A DNA stretch of 64,000 nucleotides from the NCBI RefSeq assembly GCF_009914755.1, contig NC_060946.1. One strand, written 5' to 3'. The notes beneath the pieces are model-generated. The model ran no database searches, was not told where the DNA came from, and was given only the letters and a program-made list of their open reading frames with translations. Shown here in pieces: positions 31,746-64,000 of the stretch. Position numbers and translations under genes: made by a program. This DNA is from the human T2T-CHM13v2.0 reference genome, Homo sapiens. The stretch's first letter is position 1. Each line of letters begins with the position of its first letter.

Positions 31746-31844
31746 GTGGGTACCTGTTTTTATGGGAGGCTGTTCAGGTTTCTTAACTGCTGTGTAGATG
31801 TGTTGTAAATATTTGTTGAATGAATGATGTGAGGGACTTGAGTA

Positions 31845-36196
<4,352 letters not shown>

Positions 36197-36394
36197 TACT
36201 AGTCCCAGTTCCGCCACTTGTTAGCTGGGAACCTTGAGCCCTCCAGCTGTAAAATGAAGTTGATAACCACTTGCTGAGGTAGTTATATTAAAGTAGGTAG
36301 TTCATGAAAAGTGCTTAGCACTAATGCGTAGCAGAGTACCTTATCTATAGATGTTATTTTGATTATAGTCTATACATTTTTGATTGTGTGGTAC

Positions 36395-36963
36395 TCTCAA
36401 CATTTTGTTAAAACATAACATTGATAAGAAAAAATTGATTCTGGATGGGTCCACTGTCTGTCTGTAGTTGGCACATTCCTCATGCCTATGTGGGTTTTTG
36501 CCGGATGCTCTGATTTCCTCCCATGTCCCCACGATAAGCACATTAGCTTCATTGACATGTCTAAATGATCCTAGTGTCAGTGAGTGTGTGTGTGAGTGTG
36601 CAATGCCATGAATGGCTTCCTGTCCAGGGTGGCATCCCCCCTTGTGCCCTGAGCTGCCAGGATACACTCTAGCCAACCTTGACCCTGAACTGGAATAAGT
36701 GGGTAAATAATTATCTTACTTGTTCTTATGAATCTTCTGTACATATATGTATAGCTCACATTTATTTCAGTGTTTAATATTAAAAGGGTTTGGATCTTTA
36801 TTTAGAAGTTTGGTGATGTTTTCTGACCAGAAATATGTTACAGGAACTTAAATCTTGTTTGTATCAACTACCTTTTATGGTAAAATTGGTCTCCTTATAC
36901 ATCATTTTGCTTAAAGTTGCCGTTTCCAAGAACCTATCAATGACATTAAGTGAGGACTTACTG
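36395..36963 (+). mobile_element. MER6A-like TcMar-Tigger element
   Basis: CCACTGTCTGTCTGTAGTTGGCACATT...GACCCTGAACTGGAATAAG core; 3' end AAGAACCTATCAATGACATTAAGTGAGGACTTACTG followed by TA. Confidence 0.8.
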
Positions 36964-37002
36964 TACTTAGTTCTAGATGAGGCTGGATGATATTCAGGTT
37001 CA

Positions 37003-38517
<1,515 letters not shown>

Positions 38518-39195
38518 ATGTTTTGTATTTGATTATCATTATATTCATTATATTCCAACTTATAAGCAAGTTTATATTCATACATGTCCTTATTGAAAGC
38601 AAACCTGTGTCCTAGTTTTTCCAGTATATGTGTATTTTATCTGTGAGGTTACAGACGTTGTTTTAGAGGCTGGAGATAGAATGGAGAGAAGATCAGATGT
38701 GATTCCTGTTTCCATGGAATTTATATTTTAGTGGGGAAGGCAGACATGTACAAATAGGTAGAATGCTGGTATAGAGTATATAACAGAAGGGAGTCCTTGA
38801 CCATGAAGGACATTCCACAGGATCATTATGACAGAAACCCAAGGCGGTGACACATTGATTATAGCAGTATTTCACGAAAAATCACTATTTGAATACTCCA
38901 TTTGATTTATTTATAGAAATAATCACTTATGATGACCTCTGTTACTTGGAGTGTAGTATCAGAAAAACTAGGACATCGGTTTGATGTAAGTAAGGATTAT
39001 TCGTTTTGTATGGATAAACTGGCTAATTCCTTGTCTGATTGTCATTGAAATATGTGACCTTGATTATAAGGGTGACTTCATTCTTTTAGAATGAAACAAC
39101 TTGTAAATGCATCACCGTTACTCAACACAGGATGTGTTCACCCTGTTAGCTTGCCTCCACCATTTACTTAAATCTTACTCTTCTGTCTTACTACT

Positions 39196-39658
39196 TGTAT
39201 TAGTTTCCTAGGGCTGCTGTAACAAAGTACCACAAACCGGGTGGCTTAAAACTAATAGAAGTTTATTCTTTCACAGTTTTAGAGGCTAGAAGTCTGAAAT
39301 CAAGGTGTCATCCTCTCCCTGAAGGCTCAGGGGAGAATCTGTTCCATGCCTTTCTCTTAGCTTCTGATGTTGCCAGCAATCTTTGGCAATTCTTGTAGAT
39401 ACATCACTCTAGTCTCTGCCTCTGTCATCACATTGCATTCTCCTCTTTATGTGTATCTGTCCCTGTATCTCTTCTCTTTTAAGAAAGACACAAATCGTGT
39501 TGGATTATGGGCCCACCCTACTCCCATGTGACCTCATCTTAACTTACATCTTAATTACTTCTGCAAAGACCCTGTTTTCAGATAATGTCACATTCGCAGG
39601 TAGCAGGGGTGAGGATTTCAGCAAATCTTTTTTGGGGAACACAATTCAACCCACAACA
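39196..39658 (-). mobile_element. Solo MaLR LTR (MLT1B/C-like)
   Basis: TGTATTAGTTTCCTAGGGCTGC...ACAATTCAACCCACAACA; TG..CA ends; 5-bp TSD CTACT/CTGCT. Confidence 0.85.
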
Positions 39659-39784
39659 CTGCTATTCCTGGCACTAAAAGAAAAATAGTAATAATAATAA
39701 TAATTTAAAAAACTATGCCATAATTTATTCAGTTCCTAATGAATATTTTTGATACAAATTATCACCAATTGAAAATGAAAAATG

Positions 39785-41015
<1,231 letters not shown>

Positions 41016-41207
41016 ATGAAAACTACACACAGTAACACTGATAACCATAAAAATTAATCTGAGGAAAAATAAGAAATCTTGGCCTCTACTGGTGTTTTTG
41101 TGAAGGGAAGTTGAAGGTGCTGAAGCATCTAGACATGAAGAAAGAACCAGGCACAACTTCTGAGTGTGGCTCGCTCTCCTCTCAGTTTCCTTCATTAGAA
41201 AATAACA

Positions 41208-42425
41208 TTTTGCAGATGACATGATTCTGTATCTAGAAAACCCCATCGTCTCAGCCCAAAAGCTTCTTAAGCTGATAACCAACCTCAGCAAAGCCTCAGG
41301 ATACAGATCAATGTGCAAAAATTGCAGACATTCCTGTACACCAACAACAGGCAAGCAGAGAACCAAATCATGAATGAATTCCTATTCACAGTTGCCACAA
41401 AAATAATAAAATACCTAGGAATACAGCTAACAAGGGAAGTGAAAGACCTCTTCAAGTAGAGCTACAAACCACTGCTCAAAGAAATCAGAGGTGACACAAA
41501 CAAATGGAAAAACATTCCATGCTCATGTATAGGAAAAATCAATATCATGAAAATGGCCATACTGCCCAAAGCAATTTACAGATTCAATGCTGTTACCATT
41601 AACTACCATTGACATTCTTCACAGAATTAGAAAAAACTACTTTAAAATTCATATGGAACAAAAAAGCATGAATAGCCAGGACAATCCTAAGCAAAAAGAA
41701 CAAAGCTGCAGGCATCATGCTACCCAACTTCAAACTATACTGCGAGGTTACAGTAACAAAAACAGAATGGTACTGGCACAAAAACAGAAACATAGACTAA
41801 TGGAACAGAATAGAGAACCCAGAAATAAGACTGCACACCTACAACCATCTGATCTTTGACAAATGTGACCAAAACCAGCAATGGGGAAAGGAGTCCCTAT
41901 TTAATAACAGGTGCTGGGAGAACTGGCTAGCCATATTCAAATATTGAAGCTGGACCCCTTCTTTACACCATATATAAAAACTAACTCAAGATGGGTTAAA
42001 GACTTAAATTTAAAACCCAAAACTATAAAAACCCTGGAAGAAAATCTAGGCAATACCATTCAAGACATAGGCACAGGCAAAGATTTCATGATGAAGATGC
42101 CAGAAGCAATTGCAACAGAATCACAAATTGACAAATTTAGTTTAATTTCTAATTAAACTAAAGCACTTCTGCACAGCAAAAGAAACTATCATCAGAGTAA
42201 ACAGACAACCTACAGAATGGGAGAAAATTTTTGCACTCTGTCCATCTGACAGAGGTCTAACATCTAGCATTTACAACATTATGAGATAAAAACAGCCCCA
42301 TTAAGAAGTGGGCAAACAACATGAACAGACACTTTTCAAAAGAAGACATATATATGGTGAACAAACATGAAAAAAAGCTCAATATCACTGATCATTAGAG
42401 AAATGCAAATCAAAGCCACAATGAG
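41208..42425 (+). mobile_element. L1PB-like ORF2 fragment, from the RT motif toward the C-terminus; frameshifted
   Basis: Begins TTT GCA GAT GAC ATG (FADDM); [41 protein letters not shown]. Confidence 0.92.
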
Positions 42426-42487
42426 GCTGGGTGTGGTGGCTCACCACTGTAATTTTAGCACTTTGGGAGGCCAAGGTGGGCAGATCA

Positions 42488-42745
<258 letters not shown>

Positions 42746-42916
42746 TTAAGTCAGAGACCTAGCCCACATTCATCTAGTGTTGAATTAAGGAGAGCAGGAG
42801 ACTAGGAGCTGGCATGTAGTTCAGAAATGTGGCTCCTGAGAGGCTGCAAATCATTTTCTCTCTTTTTTATTCTCTTTTTCTTGTAGTTAGAAGGGGAAGA
42901 TAAAAGACTTTGATTC

Positions 42917-43008
42917 ATGAAGAATCTGCTCACTGAGAAGTGTATATCAAGCCACAATTTCCATCAAAAAGTGATTAAGCAGAGAATGGAGAAGAAGGTT
43001 GATTCCAG
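42917..43008 (+). CDS. SFI1: SFI1 first coding segment MKNLLTEKCISSHNFHQKVIKQRMEKKVDS(R); exon starts at 42887
   Basis: Long pyrimidine tract plus tgtag|; donor CAG|gtgagt; matches the N-terminus of the SFI1 centrin-binding protein. Confidence 0.95.
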
Positions 43009-43609
43009 GTGAGTGATGGGACTTGAGAAAAAAATATAACTGGAATGATGGTTCATATAAAACTAAACATTTTGTGTATGAAAAAATTATAAATTATGAG
43101 TGAGGTAGTAACTGTGGGTAAGTTTTTTTTGTCATTGATATTTCAAATTTTTCATCTATAAGATAATACACATTTCGTACATTATGTTACAGTCAAAAAA
43201 CATTCTGAGTAGTGCATGGAAATATCAATCATTAAAATTTGATTCTGAGCAGAAGTGAGTATTATTTTCCTGAGCTTTGAAGTTATATCATCCAGGTTGG
43301 CTGGCTCTCGTGTCTTCTACTTTTGATCATGGTTGCTTTCAGACTTTTACCTTCAGTTGACTGTATCTCTCCAATGAAGCTCTCGGCACCTTATAACGTG
43401 GCAGCCTCTGTATAACTCTCCCTTTCTGGGTTTTGGTAATTGTTCCCTCCCCTCATCTCTTTGGGCCTAGAGGTAGTACCACCTTAGCTTCTACTGGCTT
43501 CAGGTTCCTGCACTGTTTCTTGTAGTTCCTCTATACCCACAAGTTTGTAAATATACCATCTTCAAATTATCCTATTTTTAGTATGTCATCTATTTTCTTG
43601 TGACCTTTC

Positions 43610-45600
<1,991 letters not shown>

Positions 45601-46096
45601 CTTATGGTTACGCTCTTTTTTTTCTTAAACTAATTTGAATTGGGTTCCTGTAGCTTGCAACTTAGGGTGCTATGAATATACAGAAGTTTCTTATAGAATC
45701 CACTGGGTCTTGGGCAAAGTGGGAGAGAGAACTGTTTGAGACCTATTCAGCAGGTATTATGGACCCTTCTTCCTGAGCAGAGCCATCTTTGTGCTTCAAA
45801 ATTTCATCGTGGGAGAATGAATTTGGTTGATCCAGCAAGGGTCAGTTTTTTCCCCCAGTGTAATCAACTAGGACTTGGAGGAAGGTCATTGAGTTCAAGC
45901 ATAGCTGCTGAGATCCTGCCCCTGTTGATAGACGTTCTCATAGAAGGAGTCCTCGTAAGCTGAACCAGCACCCTGACAGTGTTTACTACATGGTCCGCAG
46001 AGTACTCTTTAGGCCTGCTTTATTTCATCTTCTCAAGCAAATTAACGATGGCCTTAATATGAAGCTCTGTGGCCTCTAACTCTGGCATAGTTTCTG

Positions 46097-52935
<6,839 letters not shown>

Positions 52936-53264
52936 CCTCTATTGTGGTTTTAATTGAGATTACTTTGAATCTATAGATCAGAGTGGGAAAAACTGACATC
53001 TGTATTGTACTGAGTTCTCCATTTTGCCTATAAAATTATTAGATTTACTCCTATATTTGATATTTGTGATGCCATTTGAAAATAGTATATAAATATATAT
53101 AACTATTTTTTCCTTATTGCTAGTTTATAGAAATATAGAGTTGACCCTCATTTATTTGGTTTTCTCTCTTCCTGGTCAGTTTCACTGGCTGTCAACTGTA
53201 TTAGTCTTTTTAAGGAACCAGCTTTTCTCTTTGATCTTCTCTGTTATGTTTGTCGTCCCTTTGT

Positions 53265-53699
53265 GGCTGCTGTTCTTAGAAAATAACTGCTTACAAGGCT
53301 GACCCTTGGCTGGTGTCTGGAAACTTAGATTTCAGAAGGGTTCCCACCATTCTCTAACTGATGAATAGTTAACTGGACCTACACTGTTGTGTGTTCATGC
53401 AATGTTGTTTATGCTGAATACTAGCACTCCCTCTAGGAGTCTGGAATTTTGGTATGTGTTAGGCAGAGGGTACCTGTCTGACCAGCCCTCAGTAAAAACT
53501 TGGGTACTGAGTCTCTAATAAGCTTCATTGATACACAACACTTCTCACGTGTTATCACAATTCATTGCCGGAGGAATTAAGAGTGTCCTTTGTGATTCCG
53601 CTGGGAGAGGATTCTTGGAAGCTTGCGCTTGATTTCTTCCAGACTATGCCCTGTGCCCCTCTTCCCTTTGTTGATTTGCTTTGCATCCTTTTGCATAAA
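53265..53699 (+). mobile_element. LTR fragment, MER68/MER21-like
   Basis: CCCTTGGCTGGTGTCTGGAAACTTAGATTTC...GGAGTCTGGAATTTTGGTATGTG...GGAAGCTTGCGC motifs. Confidence 0.6.
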
Positions 53700-53871
53700 G
53701 ATTGAAGAAAAAATCGTAATGGAAGTTAGCAAATACGTTGTAATGCTCATAAAAATACTACATATCAATATATGAAATACAACTACAGTCATGCTTAGAG
53801 GAATGTATGATGGGTTTAATGCATTTAATGTATAGCATTAAATGCATGTATTATAAAGGAATTAAGACTGA

Positions 53872-54752
<881 letters not shown>

Positions 54753-55189
54753 TGAAACAAGTGGGTGCCCTAGCGAATTATTATATGGCAGACACCTTTG
54801 TAATCACCACCTGTTTAAAAAAAAAAAAAAAAAGATAAGACCTTGGCAGTCATTTCTGAACTTCCTTCCAAACCCACTGACTGCCCCTCAGAGAGTAAAC
54901 TACTAGCTTGACTTGAATGGTAATTACTTTCTCACTTTTCTTCACGGTTTTATTACCCAACTGTGTATCCTTAAACACTGTATAGTTTAGCTTTGCTTGT
55001 GGGTTTTTTGAGCAGGATTATAAGCTACTTTCATTGTTTTCATTATAGTTACCAACATTTTTCAGATTTCCTAAAATGGTTCTATATTGCTTTTTTATTT
55101 TTAAAATTCATTGAGATATAATTCACATACTACACAATTCATTCATTTCAAGTGTGCAATTCAATGGCTTTTCTAATACTCACGGAGGG

Positions 55190-56337
<1,148 letters not shown>

Positions 56338-56572
56338 AGAGAGTTTATGTTTTGTGTGTGTGTGGTAACGTATACATAACAAAAAACTTACTATTTTATT
56401 TTAACCTTTTTTTTTCTTTTTTTTTGAGACAGTCTCACTGTGTTGCCCAGGCTGGAGGGCAGTGGCGTGATCTTGGCTCACTGTAACCTCCACCTCCTAG
56501 GTTCAAGTGCTGCTTGTGCTTCAGCCTCCCAAGTAGCTGGGTCTGCAGGCATGCGTCACCATGCTTGGCTAA

Positions 56573-57027
<455 letters not shown>

Positions 57028-57265
57028 TAGTACCATTAAGTACATTGACAATGTGTAACCATCACCACTATCCATACCCAAAACTTTTCATCATCCCATG
57101 TGGAAATTCTGTATTCATTAAATGGTATCTCCTCATTCCTCCTACCCTAACCCTTTATAACCTTTATTATACTTTTCTGTTTCTAAGAATTTGCTTGTTC
57201 TAGGTACCTCATGTAAGTGGAATCATACGACATTTTTCCATTTGTGTCTGGCTTATTTCAGTTAG

Positions 57266-57532
<267 letters not shown>

Positions 57533-58205
57533 TGATCCACCCGCCTGGGACTCCCAAAGTGCTGGGATTACAGGTGTGAGCCACAGCACCCGGCCTTATT
57601 CCTTTTTATAGCTCTATAATATTCCATTGTGAACTGTACGCCATTTTTTAAATCCATTATCAGTTTATGAACATCTGGGTTGTTTCCACCTTTTGGCTAT
57701 TGTGAATTATGCTGCTGTGAACATTGTGTACAAGTTTTTCTGTGGACATATGCTGTATTGCTTTTATAATAAGAAAATAAATATTTTTAAAGCAGAAAAT
57801 TCAGGCCATAGGATACATATCTCATTGTAGTAATAGATAATTATTTTCTCCTTCACATTCCTTCTACTGCCAGTAAATACAATGATATTTTCTTTTTATA
57901 ATGTAATTTCCTGTACAGATTGTCTTGTTAAGGAGGGCCATTTACAAATGACCAGTATTTGGCCAGAGTCTCACCCACCTTCAGTGTAAATGTATAAACT
58001 GATGATGTTATGTTTTAGAAATTAGAAACCACTTTCCCAAATCAGGAGGAAAAAATCCAGTTTTAATTTCCAAGTTAACACAATTAAATATATGTATTGT
58101 GGTTCCATAAATTTATTTTATGAAGTTGAGCCTGAAGAATAAGCCAGTCTATCATCACACCTTAGAAATTCAGGTATCTGAATAGTAAACAGTTTGTCTT
58201 TAGAG

Positions 58206-58434
58206 TGTGAAGTCCGTTATCTCTTTTGATTCCCACAACCCCAAGCAATGTTATTTCCATTTACAGGGGAGGATACTGAGGGTAGGAAAAATCAAGTGAT
58301 TTGCCATAAACTTCAAATCTGTGAAGTCCATTATCTCCTTTGATTCCCACAACCCCAAACAATATTATCTCCATCTACAGGGGAGGATACTGAGGGTAGG
58401 AAAAAATCAAGTGATTTGCCATAAACTTCAAATC
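58206..58434. repeat. 114/115-bp tandem duplication of MIR-like sequence
   Basis: Units 58206-58319 and 58320-58434 differ by 6 substitutions and 1 indel. Confidence 0.95.
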
Positions 58435-58587
58435 TGTGGAATCAGGGTGTTTTTTTTTACTCCAAATCTTGATATATTTCTACTATTCTACTCTTTAATT
58501 GGCAATTATAAGTGTTCCTTGTAGATTAAGCAAGTGATTTTTGTATTAAACCTAAGTTGCAACAATAGCACACCATGGCAAGGACTA

Positions 58588-58930
<343 letters not shown>

Positions 58931-59037
58931 CTAACAAGTAAGATGACACCTCATTGTGGTTTTCATTTGCATTTTCCTGATAGTGATGTTGAGCATTTCT
59001 TCGTATATGTGTTAGCCATTTGTATGTCTTCTTTTGA

Positions 59038-59238
<201 letters not shown>

Positions 59239-59241
59239 TAG

Positions 59242-59787
<546 letters not shown>

Positions 59788-60359
59788 TGAGCAGAAGTTT
59801 TTGAGATTATCCCATTTTGTTTACTTTTGCTTTTGTTGCCTGTGCTTTTGATGTTTTATTCATAAAATCTTTTCCTAGACGTTTGAAGTATTTCTTCTCG
59901 TAGCTTTCTAGTTTTGGATCTTACATTTAGGTCTTTGATCCATTTTGAGTTGATATTTGTATAGGGTGAGAGGTGGGGAGTCTAGTTTCATTTTTCTGCA
60001 TGTAGATACTCACTTTTCCCAGCACCATTTATTAAGGAGGGTGTCCTTTCCCCAATGTTCTTGGAGCCTTTGTCAAAAATAAATTGGCACTGGGTGCGAT
60101 GGGTCACACCTGTAGTCTCAGCACTTTGGGACACCAGGACAGGCGGATCACTTGAGCCTGGGAGTTCAAGACCATCCTGCGCATGTGGCAAAACCCCATC
60201 TCTACAAAAAATTAGCCAGGTGGTAGCATGTACTTGTAGTTGCAGCTCCTCAGGAGGCTGAGGTGGGAAGATCACCTGAATCTGGGAGGTCAAGGATGCA
60301 GTGAGCCGTGATTGCATCACTGTATTCCAGTGGGGCAACAGAATGAGACTCTGTCATTC

Positions 60360-60360
<1 letters not shown>

Positions 60361-60398
<38 letters not shown>
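60361..60398. repeat. (TAGA)9 microsatellite at an Alu tail
   Basis: Perfect tetranucleotide run directly after GAGACTCTGTCATTCA. Confidence 0.95.
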
Positions 60399-60399
<1 letters not shown>

Positions 60400-60815
60400 A
60401 GTAGCTTAATAACTTGATACTCTCTGTTCTGTTCCATTGGCCTATGTGTCTGTTTTTATGCCAGTACCATGCTGTTTTGGTTACTACAGCTTTGTGGTTT
60501 ATTTTGAAGTCTGGTGGTGTGATGCCTCCAGCTTTGTTCTTTTTGCTGAGGATCACTTTGGCTATTTGGGATCTTTTGTGGTCCTATACAATTTTTAAGA
60601 TGTTTTTCCTACTTATGTGAAGAATGTCACTGGTATTTTTATAGGGCCTGTGTGCATTTTAGCATGTTCTTCTGTCCTCTGTTCTCAACCTTTTTCTGCA
60701 AATTGGTAACTGGATTTAGAGACTTAATTAGATTTAAGTTTTATTTTTTGGGAGTAGTACTAGATAATCTTATAGAAGCAAAGCACTGAACAGTACCATA
60801 CTCAAATATGATACC

Positions 60816-61187
60816 TGTATTAGAGCATTCTCATGCTGCTATGAAGAAATATCTGAGATAAGTAATTTATAAAGGAAGGAGGTTTAATTGACTCATAGTT
60901 CTGCATTTCTAGAGAGGCCTCAAGAAACTTACAATCATGGTGGAAGGGGAAGCAAACACGTCCTTTTTCACATGGCGGCAGGAAAGAAAGTGCAGGGTGA
61001 AGTGGGGGAAAGCCCCATATAAAACCATCAGATCTCGTGGAAACTTACTCACTATCATGAGAACAGCATGGGGGAACTACCACCATAATCTAATCACCTT
61101 CCATGAGGTCCCTCCCATGACACGTGGGGATTATGGGAGCTACAATTGCAGATGCGATTTGGGTGGGGGCACAGCTAAACCATATCA
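60816..61187 (-). mobile_element. Solo THE1 (THE1C/D-like) MaLR LTR
   Basis: Minus strand begins TGATATGGTTTAGCTGTGCCCCCACCCAAATC; 372 bp; perfect 5-bp TSD ATACC. Confidence 0.92.
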
Positions 61188-61195
61188 ATACCTAT

Positions 61196-63066
<1,871 letters not shown>

Positions 63067-63319
63067 CTGTGTTAGGCCTAATGACTCCAGGGGGTGCCCT
63101 CCAGCTCTGTAGTTCCTGCCTAGAGCTGACCCAGCAGTACCCACCTCTAGTGGTTGGCCAATATTTCTGTCAGATTGGGCTGCTTATTATCCTTGCAGCA
63201 TAGGTATTGTCAGTCTCAATGAGCTTATCTGTTTAATTTTGCTTGTATATTAAAAGTATTTGCATCACATGCAGAGATAACTTTATTCTCTCCTTGCCTC
63301 TTTCGTCCTCAAATTTAAG

Positions 63320-63493
63320 GTATTTTAAGGATGGTGCAGTTAAGAAACCTTATTCTGCAAAGACACTGTCCAACAAGAAGTCTTCTGCATCCTTTGGGAT
63401 CCGGAGGGAGTTACCTAGTACCAGTCATCTAGTGCAGTATCGTGGCACACATACTTGTACCCGACAGGGCCGGTTAAGAGAACTGCGCATCAG
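63320..63493 (+). CDS. SFI1: SFI1 second coding exon (174 nt), (R)[57 protein letters not shown](R)
   Basis: Acceptor tttaag|G and donor CAG|gtgagc; phase 2-2, continuous with the previous exon. Confidence 0.95.
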
Positions 63494-63895
63494 GTGAGCT
63501 TATGAGTGGCCACCAGTCTATGGGTACTTTGCTTTTGTTCTCCTTTCTTGGTTAAAATGGGGGAATGATTCTTATTCTTCCACCGCAATTAGTGGGAGAT
63601 CTTGATGCCTGTTCTTGGTAGTAGAATGTTCAGATGAAAAGGATATTCAGGAACCTGCAGACATAAAATCTGTCATTGAGTGTTTTCATTTCTCCACTTG
63701 TGCCTCACAATATGACGCTATCAAGATTCTTCCAGAAAAAGTCTAAACGTGGTCCAAGAAAGAAGGAACTACTCTTTTTTGCTATTCTTTTTTTCCCCCC
63801 AGATTTTCTGGTGAATTCTAGAAGAGCTGTAACACTTCTGCTACTCTCGATTAGATATATTAGAGACATCTGTTTCTTCATTCAAAAATTTATCA

Positions 63896-64000
63896 GGTCA
63901 GGTACGGTGGCTCACACCTGTAATCCCAGCACTTTGGGAGGCCGAGGCAGGTGGATCACCTGAGGTCAGGAGTTTGAGACCCCGTCTCCACTAAAAATAC
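63896..64000 (+). mobile_element. Alu left monomer, cut by the window end
   Basis: GGTCAGGTACGGTGGCTCACACCTGTAATCCCAGC. Confidence 0.9.

Noticed and set aside
41587-42156. Reverse-transcriptase-related ORFs
   Set aside because: Frameshifted fragments of a dead L1 ORF2

Overview
Very Alu-dense primate (human-like) genomic DNA. I recognise it from the exon translations as the head-to-head EIF4ENIF1 (4E-T) / SFI1 locus on human 22q12.2. EIF4ENIF1 is on the minus strand: non-coding exon 1 in a CpG island at ~24.3-24.5 kb and coding exons at 23250-23345, 6474-6547 and 2805-2932. SFI1 is on the plus strand: exon 1 in a second CpG island at ~30.7-31.3 kb and coding exons at 42917-43008 and 63320-63493. 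Both genes run off the window. The introns hold roughly a hundred Alu pieces, old L1s, an internally deleted Tigger1, MER5/MER6, five LTRs, a U6 retrocopy and an H2A.Z.1 processed pseudogene. Nearly all ORFs in the supplied track are Alu or GC-rich artefacts. I see no new protein-coding system. The best new leads are regulatory: (1) a spliced SFI1 uORF whose stop position is switched by a 4-nt tandem acceptor; (2) donor sites on the opposite strand at both promoters, implying interleaved 5' ends; (3) two DUX4-class LTRs (MLT2A, THE1) in SFI1 intron 2 that point toward EIF4ENIF1 and keep splice donors; (4) a candidate poison exon in the intron that splits the eIF4E-binding motif; (5) one target site re-used serially by Alus. 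Repeat family names and parent-gene comparisons come from my recall of consensus sequences, not from a database search.
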